The notes beneath the pieces were generated by a model. The model did not search any database, was not told where the DNA came from, and worked only from the letters and a program-made list of their open reading frames with translations. A DNA stretch of 63,623 bases, counting the filler, from Phoronis australis (lineage: Eukaryota > Animalia > Phoronida): NCBI GenBank assembly GCA_002633005.1. It is 9 parts of 9 records of this genome, joined end to end, with 100 filler letters (N's around TTAATTAATTAA, not from the genome) between each part and the next. Parts side by side here need not be neighbours in the genome. Positions count along the whole stretch, not along the records: positions 1 to 26,560 come from NMRA01001330.1; 8 more parts are not named here. The stretch is one strand, 5' to 3'. Position 1 is the stretch's first letter, and each line of letters begins with the position of its first letter. Positions 13,401 to 26,660 of this stretch are shown here, piece after piece. A program made the position numbers and the translations under genes.

Positions 13401-14803
13401 CCCAAAGTTGTCACGTACATTGTATACTCGCCTTGAGTTGATCGTTAGTCATGCTTGGCGGTGTAACAGACATTGTAAGGAGTTTTCATATTTGTTTCAA
13501 CTTTTTGGGTGCCAAAGAGAGTTACATGGCATTGTCTTATATCTCACGGCAAGATGGAAAGGTTGCTGTTTATGTCGAACAAACGTGGGTTAAGTATTCT
13601 GTAAAGATGCTGAACCCGAGTTTGACCTATGAGGTGGCTAGCCGTGATCGTGTGATCGCCTACTTTTGACGTAGTCATTTTTTCAATTAAAAATTGACAA
13701 TGTCTCTTGAAAAAAATATTAATACTTGTCTAGTTTCAAGTCCAAATAATTAAGAAGCAATCTGAAATGGTAAAAAGCAAGGATTCGCAAATTTGAATTA
13801 TCATCTATCTATTCCAACTTGACATTTTAAGAGAAAAAAATCGCATGGATGCATAAAGAGATTCAGATAACTGGTAGACTGTTGTTTTTGAGAAACAATG
13901 TACCTGAATTTCCTTGGATATGGAACCACACGTTCAGTTGTAATAGAAATCTCAACGAAGGCCATTCTGGAATAAATGTAAATAAAGAGAAGACGGAAAA
14001 ATTCATTATTTACTTTCATACGGAAAATCTCTGTTATGAACACCCGGAAGAAAAGAAAGATGTGGTATAAATTCCCAAGCAAATTACGTGACTGAAATGG
14101 CACTGCTGGTTATGACATAATCGCAATGCATAAATGTAAAATTCATTTAAATCAGTGAATACATGCAGTTGGCAACCAGGGATGAAATAGGTTAATACAA
14201 TCCGACACCTGTAGCTTAAAGTCGCTTTAAACAGCTTGCAAATCGGACTGCTTAATACGAATCGGTGAGTGACATTACATCTTACATTAAATGCAAAGCT
14301 TTTTCAGAGGCTCTATGGACATCGTTTCTTTCTGGAAGCTAAATCGCGAATTGAAGCTATGGCACTCGGTTCGTCGACTTGGCGACAAAAAAGGTTATTC
14401 TAGCTGCATTGAAACTGATTTGGTTTTAAGGATATCTCTCATCTCTATTCACAAAAATTTCCATTTTTACAATATTTCACAAATGTCTAGCAAAATACAT
14501 TTCGTATCGTTCTCCCGGCGCGTGGTTTGTATAGCAATGAACATTTGACCCACTTTTAAATTCAGTTGACATTGCGACTGAAGGTTAAAATAGCTAGCAT
14601 GGTTTAAGGCATGTATACTGGAGGTTATATTGACTGAAAACAATTTTTCACTGAATAATTAACCGAAGACCTTGAAATTTTCACTCCTCGCAGTACAATC
14701 GGCCTTTTCTCGGCTTCGGCAAATCGACTTAAAGCCTACCTTGAACGGTAACACCTGTAAATTTGGTTTCTACAGTATGTTAAGAGTATCACCATGAGCC
14801 CAC

Positions 14804-15485
14804 TTATTTATTTATTATTTATTTATTAATGTAATATTTACAAAGACGGTAGCCCCATTAGTTCACACTGCTTTCCATGGGGCCCTCAGTAAAAAACAAA
14901 CAGATAGTAAGTCAGACAAAAACAGAATTCCAAAATGAAAGAAAATTTAAGTAATAAGCAAAGAATAAGAAAATAACACGGAGAGACTGATGGAGCAAAA
15001 TAAAAAATAAAATATGATAAATAGAAGATAAAGAAATTAAGATAAGATAATTTACTAAAACGTAAATATAAATATAAAAAATTAAAAACAGACAATAGAT
15101 AATTAAAAAAGTAAGACACTATTTGAATAACAAATGTATAAATATGCAATTCTTACACACTACATGAAGTTAAATCTGTTTCTTACAATTCTTTTAAAGG
15201 TTAGAAAGGATGATGTAGATTTGGCACCTGCAGGGAGAGAGTTCAATAAAAAGGGCCCGCTGTAGGAAAATGATGTTTCCCAGTTTCACTTCTGCGTTTA
15301 GGAAGATTGAAATCAGATGATGATGAGGACCTAGTATTAGTAGTCATCTTAAACTTAGCATATAAGTAAAATGGGACAAGACCTTTAAAACATTTGTACA
15401 TACAACAAGCAGATAGGAATTGATTTCTTGTGTGAATTTTCATTATACCAGTCTCTTTATGAAGGTTTTCATCTATTGCCATAAA
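14804..15485 (-). mobile_element. L2/Crack-clade LINE 3' end
   Basis: ACCMYKCFKGLVPFYLYAKF..NTRSSSSSDFNLPKRRSETGKHHF...NSLPAGAKSTSSFLTFK, then a T-rich UTR, a terminal gggccccatgg...atgggc stem and a (TAAA)n tail. Confidence 0.85.
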
Positions 15486-16610
15486 TTGCCAAATGTAACG
15501 AACTGTTAGGCGTATTGGCTTGCTTTCGTCTACGTCACCGCGAGAACCACCTTTTAATTCAAACAGCTGTGAATAACACCCGCGAACAATGGCGTTCTAG
15601 TTAGACTCCTTTTCAATACAGTCTTTTGTTGTTTCTGCTCGGATCTCGTATTAGTGACGCACCATGGCACGAAAAAGCAGCTTCACCTATCATATGCGTG
15701 ATTGAACTCGCGTTCTCTTATTTTGCTAAGGCTTTGCTAGAACTATCTCGTTATCCCAATACACCTAAAACAACAAAATTCCGTTGAATTTAGGTTTTTT
15801 TAATTTGAACATAGGGACACTACTTCTCGAAAACGGCTCGGTGGATTTTGCTGAACTTAATATTTTTCATCATTCTCAAAAACGCTTTAAGGATTTTTGA
15901 TATGTGGGCCTGGTAGTTGCGTAATGCAACAAAGACGAACAGGACTTCTATTTTTAGGAAAGACCTTAGTATACACTTTGCGGTTTGATTTGTCAAAGAA
16001 ACCAAACAAAAAGACTGTTGAAGTTTTCATTGAAAAAAGGTTTCATTAAAATTGACCGAGGGGTTATTTTGCTATGAATGTACATGTACCTTTCCTAAAA
16101 TAAAATTTTGACTTAAAAGTGTTAACGTAATATTAATAGTATGATTGGGGCTATTGGTTTCCAGGAGACAAGTTGCACACCATCAAAATGAGTCGAATTC
16201 AAGCTTGAATGCGCAACACAAATTATTTTCCAATGTTCCAAATGTTCAACACAAGAAGACCTTAGACACAGCTTGACCGAAGTGGATATCGTAAAGTTTT
16301 CGAGTTGTCTCCCCTAAACCAAAACGTGAAAACAAAAAATCCGCAAATAGGTGACCTTTGCACCAATGACCTACCTCGCGGTGCGAACAGCTAATTACAT
16401 GTGTGTGGGGATACTGCAGTTTTGGACTACGGCCACAGTTTGAGTGGCTGACTTGACGTTGTCACTGATCTACTGTACATGTAGGCCAATGAAAGCCGTT
16501 GTTTGCATTCTATCTCTAGTACTGGCAAAAAGAGTAACTGGCAAACTATGACTGCACTTTTGGGCTTTCACAAAAAGATGAAATTAATTAACAAAACCAT
16601 GTGTTTTTAC

Positions 16611-16784
16611 CTTGCTGCATCCACCGGAAAAATAAGATGCCAAAATGACCAAAAAGTGCGATTCACTCTATATTCCGGAAATTCAGGCCAAAATGTATCA
16701 TTATCAACTAGATTGTTGGCAATTTCCACTTGTCTGAAAGGTACCTGGATTCGCATCAAGAATTCATCTATCAACAGGCATGTG
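16611..16784 (-). CDS. Candidate orphan internal exon, product unknown
   Basis: ttttcacag acceptor, AG|gtaaaa donor, 174 nt, phase 2-2, open frame TCLLIDEFLMRIQVPFRQVEIANNLVDNDTFWPEFPEYRVNRTFWSFWHLIFPVDAA. No family recognised and no partner exon found. Confidence 0.3.
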
Positions 16785-18334
16785 CTGTGAAAATGGTGGC
16801 ACTTAATAATTGATATTTTTATACTCTTTGCGTAGCCTAAATAAACTTCACTGGGCACAGTTTGTCAGATACTCCTGGTCGCGTTTTCTTTTGTGCCCGT
16901 CTTTTCTGAGCGTTATCCTCATGTTTACGCATACTAAACGAACATTTTGGTTAACCTCACTCTCCTTTTTATCGCTGGAAACTGAACTTCGCTGATGCAT
17001 GGTCTCTGATCATCTCGGAACATATGGCGAAATAAAAGTTTGATGTATGTACAAGCAATTACTGCACAAGTCATGTGCACTGCACGTGAAGTTTGAGTTT
17101 ACAAGCATAAGAGGTACCTAGCATAGTTTGAGGAAAGCAGGGTGTGCCTTGCTCACCAATAATTTACAGCGCCAGGAGCAAATATTTTCTTGCAACATGG
17201 GAGCGCAAAGCCATTAAGTTCAATTTAGTTTGACAGAAATAACTGGGGCGAGTTTTACGAAATTAGATTTGTAAATGTTCGTCAGTGGTTTTTATCTTAG
17301 TAGATACAGCTTTGGGCAGTACACCTGTAGGCTCACACAGTACCTACATGTAGTAGCAGATTAGTTAATCTTGCCATATGGAGAATGTGAGACTACCAAA
17401 AAGGCACTACGTATACTTTTATTGTTTCTTATAGCACCGCGTGGTCAGTTTTTACCACATCGGTGCAAGGCGGTATACGTAAAATCAAGTCTTCCACGTC
17501 AAAACCTAGCTGGCAACAGTAAGTTAGAAATTTCTTCATTCTCTGGTCAATTTAATCGATATTTAGTTCTCTATACACCTTGCTAATTAATTTTTATCGC
17601 CTGTATATAATCGGAAATTGAACTTGTGACTGTGATTATGAAATAATTCAGCCATGCAATTCACCTGTTTCCGACTAACGGTCACAATCTAGAAAATTGT
17701 TCATAAGCTAGTTACCAGCCCGTTTGGAAACCACTGAGTCACTTGGACAATTTATCTCAGTTGCTGGATTTCAGCGACTGGCAATGTCTCCAAGGGCCAA
17801 TCACGTGCATCGTTAGTTTAGACGTAATCGTTCTGCCTTCCCAAGCTGATTTGAACACTTTGAAAGATCTTACAAGGAATAAAGTAAGCTCCCGAGCCCC
17901 GTGATTACATCACACACCGAACGGTACTTGGAATTTTTTAGAATTGCTAGGAATTTCTATTTTTTTTTGCAACGAGAAAGAACTTAGACTAGAATACCCA
18001 ATTTGTCTTCTTGGAGTTTATTAGCAATATGTCTCATAGTTCCCTGTCTTCATTCATAGTCCAACAACTGGCCACCATGTAATCATTCGTTTTTGGTGAG
18101 CCGAAGGTCAAGGTCATTTGAAGGAAAGGTAGAACTTGACGTAACATCAAAAATTTGTAGCATTTTGAAGTTTATTTATATTTTTAACATAAAAGTGAAA
18201 TTTAGCGTAAATATTATCTGTTAACAAAATGAGGATGCAACTGACCGCTCTTAGTTTGGCAGCTCATGCAGCAATTAGGAATGTACATGTTCATGCCGTA
18301 TTTATAAAATAACTATCACACTACTTCGTTTGAA

Positions 18335-18945
18335 AAATGAAAAGAAACTTGTGAAAATCCAGCAAATTAAGCATTAAACGGCAGATGTTTTCGAAAGTCG
18401 ATGGTGAATGCGTCCTTCCTCAGTATGACCCTGTGACGTAGTGGTGGTCAAGGTCACGCCATTAACGTGGGAAGGTTTAAGTGCACCATTGTCTCTGTTC
18501 ATGACATTGGATTATTTTCTATTGCAGACGGGTTCCCTTGTTCTTCTTTTTCTAGTGTCACTTTCAGTATCAATTATTTTTGCGTTTCCCCCATCAATCA
18601 CATACTTGTTTTTCTTGCGGGATTAGTAATAGATGATTTGTTAAATTCACTGAGAGAGGCTTTCCTGGCCAATCTGGTGAAAGCTCTGTACCCGGTCATG
18701 TCCTCAACGTCGTCTTAATGCTCAGCCATTCTATAACCAAAATTTCTACCAGTTTCACCAATACAAACACTCTTGCACGAAGCAGAAAGGATGTTATAAG
18801 CAACATCACTACATCCCTCCATAGTACGTGAGTCGTTTGGGCGCACCAATTAGATACGTAGTGTAGAAATGGGTTTGAACTCAGTGCTGATATCAAATTC
18901 ACTGAAAGTACGTCTTAGGAATTCCGAAGAGCCTTTCACGTGAGG
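18335..18945 (-). mobile_element. Penelope-like element remnant (GIY-YIG endonuclease and 3' end), inverted copy
   Basis: Minus translation SCKSVCIGETGRNFGYRMAEH...SLSEFNKSSIT...NAKIIDTESDTRKRRTRE...VMNRDNGA; homologous to 19320-19930 on the plus strand. Confidence 0.85.
18381..18428 (-). ncRNA. Degenerate minimal hammerhead ribozyme motif (PLE-associated)
   Basis: Minus strand CUGAGGA-aggacgcauucaccaucgacuuuc-GAAA directly after the GIY-YIG ORF end. Confidence 0.45.
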
Positions 18946-19985
18946 GATTACAACCATAATCTGGCGATCAAGTCCGTTTTCATCAGAAGTAGCTCTAGGT
19001 AATTACATACTTTTAGAGAACTTTTCGAACTCCCATTTAGGTTAACACCAGTCCGGAAGAACTCAGTTGATGTGTTCCGTATATGTGACGTGATCCTCCG
19101 CAACGGACACCAGAGTGCGGTTCCTGTCATAAAGTGTTTATGCAGGAACCACACACTGGTGCCCGTTGAGGAGGATCGCGTCACACAAATGGAACACGTC
19201 AACTCAGCTCTTTCAGGCTATGTTTATCCTAAATGGACGTTCGAAAAAATCTTTAAAAGAATGGAATTATCGAGAGCTACTCCTGAGAAGAAAAGTCTTG
19301 ATCGTGAGAATTTGGTTATGAATCCCTTACGTGAAAGTTTTTTTGGGATTTCTACGACGTATTTTCACTAAGTTTGATATCAGCACTGCGTTGAAACCTA
19401 TTTCTGCTCTATGTAGCGTATTGGTGAATCCGAAGACTTCGAGTTCTATGGAGGATTAGAGTGGTGTTTTTTTATAACATTCTCGTTGATTCTCACCAGA
19501 GTGTTTACATTGATGAATCTTGTAGAAATTTTGGTTATAAAATGGATGAACATCATAAAGATATTGAAGACATGACCAGATATACACTGTAGAGCTTGCG
19601 CCAGGTAGGACAAGAAAGCCTCTATCAGTGAATTTAACAAAGCAGCTACCACTGATCACGCAAGAAAAAAATCACGTCATTGCCCGGGAAAATGCAAAAA
19701 TAATTGATAGTGAATGTACCACTAGAAAAAGAAGCATAAGGGAATCCATCTGTATTAGAAAAGAATCCAATGTCATAAACAGAGACGACGGTGCATTTAA
19801 ACTTTCACACGTTTATGGCGTCATTTTACCTCCCCCCCTCTACGTCACAGGGTAACACTGCTGAGGAAGGAAGCAGTCAACATCGGCTTACGAAAGCTTC
19901 TGTCGTTTAATGGTAAATCTACTGGATTTTTTAAAGAGATTTCTACTGTAATCTCATGACCAAATCCTGATGAAATTGTTTAGTG
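18946..19985 (+). mobile_element. Penelope-like element remnant (RT C-terminus, GIY-YIG, 3' end)
   Basis: HQSAVPVIKCL...EEDRVTQMEHVNSALSGYVYPKWTF (RT thumb) and NHVIARENAKIIDSECTTRKRSIRESICIRKESNVINRDDGAFKLSHVY (GIY-YIG C-terminus). Confidence 0.88.
19853..19905 (+). ncRNA. Degenerate minimal hammerhead ribozyme motif (PLE-associated)
   Basis: CUGAGGA at 19861, stem II aagc/gcuu, GAAA at 19892, immediately 3' of the PLE ORF stop. Confidence 0.5.
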
Positions 19986-22300
19986 AAAGCAGACATGTTT
20001 TTGAGGTCTGGCGCTTCAAAATTTCAGGATATTAATTCACAGCTGTGCAAATTAAAAAAAAAAAAACATTCAGAAAAAAGATGAGTCTTTCACGAAATTG
20101 TCTTACATTTCATTACCATCAATGTTCCTACGGAACTGTTTTCAAAGATAAACTTGATTCAACGTCCGATATGAGAGCTTTGCCTTTCCTTAAAAAATCC
20201 TAAGTATACGTGGACACAGGTTTGACGGGCGCTCGTTCTAACGTGCGGAGTTTCCGCGCTTTCCACCTCCTGGTTCACGAACTCGTCTGTATAAAGCGTA
20301 GGTCATGACACAAAAGGGCCCTGATCTGGGTAGAGTTCAGTAACACTATGACTTACGTTAGGACCTTGCAAAAAACAAGACTTCGCGTGTATTTTGAATG
20401 AGAACACGAGATTTTGGCTAGATTTTTTAGACGCGAGACTGCAAGACACTAGCTTGCATTTCAGGCGAAAAATATTCACTTGGCAAGAAAAAAGTTGATC
20501 AATCTCAAAGCTCATGAATTCTATCTCAACCTCGCTTGACCGGTCAGTTCGGTGTATTCGGTGGCGGCCATTTCCCTAGGACGACATACACTACATGAAA
20601 GCTCTCTAGTTATACCCGCGAAGCATTCGCTTATCACTCACGTCATTATGCGAAGTATTGTGTGACTTTAATGTGCGTAGGAAATACCTTTTTAAACATA
20701 TTGTTTTCACGTATAAAACGTGCAAAATCCCTGATCGTGCTTGCCAGATATTTGTGTGGCGTTCGCGAGCAAAGAAAAAATCACATGATTCGCGTTTATT
20801 TCGTGACGATATCTCGCTAAGACTAGTGCTTTTCTCGCGAAAAGTTATTGGCTGTGCAGGATACAGACCACGTTTTGCAAACATGTGACAATTCAACTGT
20901 TGCAGTTGCAAGTGTTTATTGAAACCATCAAGCTATTCCTTTCTTGATACGAATAATTACCTTATTTATTTTGAGATATTTATAACAAAACGGCGTGTCG
21001 AGCATATGGAAAGTACATGTACTTAGTGCAGCTTTCAGGTGCACAATTCTGATGCTGTCCAACTACCGCCGACTTTGGGCCGGGATCCAATTCAAAACTG
21101 TTGAAGACACTTTATAGATTTTGTATGTCCACCGTTTAAAGACACTCTTTCCTTTATATCCATCAGTTTGAAACACATGGTAAGTTTCGTCAGTACATAA
21201 TTTGTATATGAACACGTTTAAACTTTCAGTCCTGTTCGTGTTTGCTTCTATTAAGGATTTAAAAAGTGGGCGGGGATTCCGCGGAAACCCAGTTGTTACG
21301 GCAGTTGATTGACTTCCCATCATGCATTAGTCAGCTGTCACTCAGCACGGCGTCCATTTTAGGTTTTGGTGCACCGCTAAAGATTAAACTAATGCACTGA
21401 TATTAAATTCAGTTAAGTTCGAAAATATTTGGAGCATTATTTTGGCTAAAAGTTTAGACTGAATTGACTTGCGTTAAAAACCGTTTTATGAAGTCTAAAC
21501 TAAAATGAAGCGGAAATAGTATCTTTAAGTGCACTGCATTGGTTCGTAGTCTCCCAACAGTAGTCGCCTTCTACATGCAAAAGCATGACACATGCGGGAT
21601 TAAACTTGAAAATTTGAAGCCAGGTCCTTGTTAAGCGAAACTTGTATAAAATGGCTAGCTTCCGTATCATTCACTGATGTTTATAAATAAATTTTAAAAA
21701 ATCCCATTGCCCCAATACCTCCAAAAGAGCCAGATGAAGTCTTTCGGAAAACGGTTATGAGATTCTTTAGGAACATCTATTGCCCATCGATGGAACCCCC
21801 ATTTAGCTACATGAATATGTATGGGGCTTTAACGGGTAACTTGTGACAGGAAGTTATACTTTGCCGGCAGATTGTCTCGTAAGACAAGTTAGACTTAGAT
21901 TCTTTTAGTAAATGTTCAACTTACTAGGATTCTTTACAGAGATCAAGTACATTTGGCACGTGCATTACACACGCGGAACGATCCCGAAAGAGATTCCACG
22001 GGGCCTTTTCCTGGTGGTGGGACCTCTTTCGGAAATACTCGATGCCGCATATAATATCAAATTTTTGCTTCTCTATCATCAGGATAAAAAGCATTTTCTG
22101 ATATTGGAAAATCACAAGGGGGTGAGGGTGCTTTTGCAATTCTTGTTTCTGGAAGAGCCCTCACGGGTACTTTGTTTTTGGTGGTAGGACCTATTTGAGA
22201 AGTCCTCGTTCATGCATCCAAACTTTGGTTCCTCTGGGAATTCTACTGAAGTTGGACAATCAATTGATCACGGTTGAGGAATACGATTAATGATCACTGT

Positions 22301-22704
22301 CACAAGGGGGGGGGGTCTAGAATTGGTCGGACTTCAAAACAACTTGCCAGGAATTCAAAACCAGTCGGCTGGACTGCAAAACCAAATGGCCGGTGAAGAA
22401 CGAGTTGTCAGAACTTCAAAATGTTATGGCCTCACCCAAAAAACTAGTTGGCCGGACCCAAAACACGATGGCCGGTTTTACAACCAATTGGTCAGTGATT
22501 TTTGGCCATTGTTTTAAAGCACCTGCCAACCCGTTTTAGGTCCAGCCAACCAGTTTTTGGGTGCGTCATCTGGTTTTGAGGTAACGGACATCGCGTGTTG
22601 AGTTCCCGCGACCACCGAGTTAGAACACCGGTCATTGATTGTTGCAGTCCAGTCAGTTGGTTTTGAAGTCCGACCAATTGTTGACCACCCCCCCTTTCCT
22701 GTGT
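22301..22704. mobile_element. MITE with long imperfect TIRs and ~21-bp subrepeats
   Basis: cacaaggggg...aattggtcggacttcaaaac versus gttttgaagtccgaccaatt...cccccctttcctgtg. Confidence 0.7.
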
Positions 22705-25700
22705 GTCAGATGCGACGAGTTTCATGCAGCGGAACGCGAGAACAGTGGGCCATTGTTTTCAAGTATGTTGGAAGCGTAAATTGTTTATACTTCATTGACC
22801 GAATTGCTAATCTACTGGCTCAAGTGTGTCATTGAAACGTTTCAAAATCGCACGTAATCTACCTACCCCAGGAATACAAGTTAAGTGGTTTGGCATTTTT
22901 TACCCCTTTCCGTTCACTGCGCAATGCAGCGTAATGCATTCGAGATGTCCAAATTCAAAAATTGCAGACGTTTCTGAAAAAATCGGCAAATAGTTTTATT
23001 AGAGGATTCAATTGACAAGATATTATGTACATGTACTGTATCAAATAAGGATTTACGTAACTATAAAACCAGGTTAATTGTTCGAGCTTAACAAAAATGC
23101 CGATAACGATGACAAAGGCATTCGTTGCCAGCATTGGCGCGCAACTAACCAAACCTCAGCGAGATAAATTCCGGAGTAAATTACTTCCATATTTAAACTA
23201 ATATAACAATCACTGAAACGAAAACCGTGTTAGCGATCATGACATGATAAATTTGAATAAACCTGTTTGCCTTCGTCCATTTCCATCGAAGCTTGTAGTA
23301 CTTCGAAACCCATAATTGGGTTGAAAATACACGTGCGACTACAAGGAGTGGGATTTTTTCTAATCAAATTCAAAAAGCAAAATGCGGTCAGTTTATACAG
23401 CTCTCTAGACAAGTGAATTACGACGCTGGCCTGACACTCATTGTGTATAATCAAGCTCTGACCTGAACATGTTTTGTTTCCGAATCACATATTGCATGTG
23501 ATGAAATACAGATTGAAACAACAGTGTACACGTATTTTCCGAAAGTTTGTGGGACATCAAAGATGCCCTTGTCACTAGACTCGTCAAGCAGTGAGGACAT
23601 TTGACTCCCTCCGTTATGTGCATTCGCACAGGTTACGGAAACTATCCAGTGAGCTAGCGGACTCTATTATTCATACTTTCATCGACTTGGAGGTTATCTT
23701 GATTTTCATAACATAGCTCACTGTTCTATTCTTGTAATAAGAGAGAGAACTTATACATTCTATCCAGTACATGTAGCTATAATTATACCGCCTAAAAGTG
23801 TCGCGATGTTCTTAGTCTCGCCACTGCGTGACGCGCTTGTACTTACACTGCCCGACCTTCGACTGGAGTCATTCATTGACAGTGGAATCGCAGAGTAGCT
23901 GGCAATCGACAAGCCCGTCACGCTGTATCGAGACTGAAAACCTTTTGAGACTTCTAGAAGGCATAATTGCGGCTGGACGGAAGTTGGTGTACAGGTGAAC
24001 ATCCCTTTATTATATAATAGTGAAAGAGGTAATATGCGCCCGCTAAAAAGATCGAGACAAGCTCCCGCGCTTATCGATGTGAAATGGATGCCTATAGTGT
24101 AAAAGTTTATTGCACGATTGATACAATCATCGAATTAAAAATTCACGTGAAATCTGCCACAAGTGTTAATTTTACGCCACGTGTGGACCTTGCTCATTTG
24201 CTGCAACCGATCCACTCCCCAGAATTGATAAGAACATTTGATTGGTTTCCCCATGACGACAAACTAATCAGATGTAAGTGTACATGCATTTGCTGGTTCA
24301 CCTGGCTCAACGGGCGTGAGTGTTTCAGATTTTACATGTACAACCAGGATTGACAACTAGTGGTTGACAGGAACTTCCCAACTGTGTTAATATTCCAGTC
24401 AAAAATAAATTTACTTGGACGCCCCTATACATGTACCCCCGGTATCTGAATCTTCCAATATAGGTGAATAGTTCCATTCACATTTTGCAAACAGGTTCTC
24501 ACGTGCATTGCCGTACTCTTCTTTGGTCGACATGTGCACACGATTCAGCTGCATTCTATTTTCAGCGAGTTGGCAGCGTAAAAACAGCGCGAAAATAATT
24601 TTGCTTTAAAACTCTGAACGATTAACACAGACGCGTAACCTTAAAGGGATATTGTCGCTGGGGTGAACTTTTTGAAGTCATAAGCTATGATCAAAGCTAT
24701 AAAACAGTAAAGTGTTTTTGGTTTTTGTGATTTTTTTAGAAAAAAATACGGCCGAGAACATTATGGTTTACACAGACGATCCCTATATTTGAGCTACACA
24801 CAGTAAAAACAAACTTATGCCGGTTGCTTTAACGCTGGGGTCACCAAGTGCAAACTGTGATTATCATGCCGTGAATAATACGCTTACACGAAAGTCACGC
24901 ATTTCTAAAGATATGAGTGACTTTTCACCCAATTACGTGTAATTACTTGACCATAAAATGTAGTAAACACCTCCGCCTGTACATACTGGCGAATTTTCAA
25001 AATGCATCTAACAATCAGTTTTCGTTAAATACAAATACCACAGCTGTATTCAGATGGAAAAAACAACCAAGTTTTTTTCGATTTTTGAAAATCGATGAAC
25101 TAATAAGCTAAAAACTACAAATATTGGGTTTGATTTAAGATAAACGACTGTGCGTATTGATACACCCAGTAATTTACAAACGCTGATCAGAGTTACATGT
25201 AAAAGTATCACGTGGATTACTTTAATATACAGTTGTACAACTAAGCTACATTGAAACATCAGTGAACAACACACAGTGACTAATTTAGAGATCGATAATT
25301 TTTAAAACATCGCTTATGGACTAGTGCATGCCGAACTACTTTAATCCAGGAGTAGTACTCCAACACGAAAACTGCTATTCGCGGAAGTGCTCCAATTTCG
25401 AGAGAGTGCAAGCAGTGGATGCGGTTGGTCGGTAGGCAAGAGCTGTGATTTCATTTTTATGACTGAGGAAAAGCTAGAATAGTTGTGTAGTTACTGCAAC
25501 CAAAATTGTCCAGAGGTTCCAGATCTTCAGCTTGGCTATCACATTTGTATATATTTCATGATTTGAGTTCTAATGAAGATTGAACTTGAACTAATGACAC
25601 GTGGAGTTTTGTTTGCTGTGACATGTTTGTTGTAGCTGGTATCTGGAAAATTCAGGGGCTGGTTCACAATTAACTGACTTTTAAGTTGTTTTGATGCTTC

Positions 25701-26560
25701 GGTTAAACACAAAACAAAAAGATACCAACCCTAACCGGTAAGAAAGAAAAACAAGTAGACAGGAGTATTAAAATAAAGTAATGATAACAGGTATGAAACA
25801 TATTTAAAACCAACGTTCCTTCGGGAATTCGCCCTTTGTCAAGATCAACGCAAATTAACTTTTTAATCTTTTTGACATATTTAAAATGTACCAAGTTAAA
25901 ACGGCTGTCCTCCATATTGCAGGCTTTAACTCTGTGCAAATGCCAGAGAAAAACAATTTCCGTGTAATATCGACTACCATTGTTAAGAAAGTAGTGCTAG
26001 CTGTTACCTTTCCACTTCATTAGCTCAGATCTACATCAATGCAAAGGACGTGCTGAATAGGGATCGTCAAAGTTGTCTGAGGCTTAGGGACTCAGAGCGG
26101 TGACCTGTGTACATGTAAGCGAGAAATTCTCCACATGATAAAGTGTTCCGCGCGAACCATAACATACTCGAGCACAGAATTATACATGTACACACTGATC
26201 TTGTGTTTGTGAGTTCAAGTAGAACGGAGCATGTCAACAATTAGTCCGGGACCATGTAGTTTTGTGACGTCATGTAAATGAGGGGAATTTATCAGTGAGT
26301 CACGGTCGAAGTCAATACAACAAAAGTGCACAGTGGTCAGTAGGCCTATGAGTTCAATTGCAGGAGAAAGTATTATAAAAGTAAATTTGTGTCTAGTACC
26401 AGACTTTTTTGCATTTGTGGGGAAAATTAGTGGAAGTTTATTAACTCGTTATTTAGTTAGGTAGCATTACGGCGTTTTCCCGTTGCTCCCAACTTGTTCG
26501 ATTCTATAGATCACCCCTGGAGCCAATATCTTACACGACTGATTAACTCCATTCTGGCAT

Positions 26561-26660
26561 NNNNNNNNNNNNNNNNNNNNNNNNNNNNNNNNNNNNNNNN
26601 NNNNTTAATTAATTAANNNNNNNNNNNNNNNNNNNNNNNNNNNNNNNNNNNNNNNNNNNN
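26561..26660. other. Artificial contig spacer with six-frame stop linker (also at about 29863, 32806, 37667, 44791, 49117, 58840 and 61892)
   Basis: 44 N + TTAATTAATTAA + 44 N, repeated eight times in the window. Confidence 0.97.

Noticed and set aside
23540-23630. CPHC-x12-H zinc-finger-like spacing on the minus strand
   Set aside because: Second His missing, in-frame stop just upstream, no splice support.
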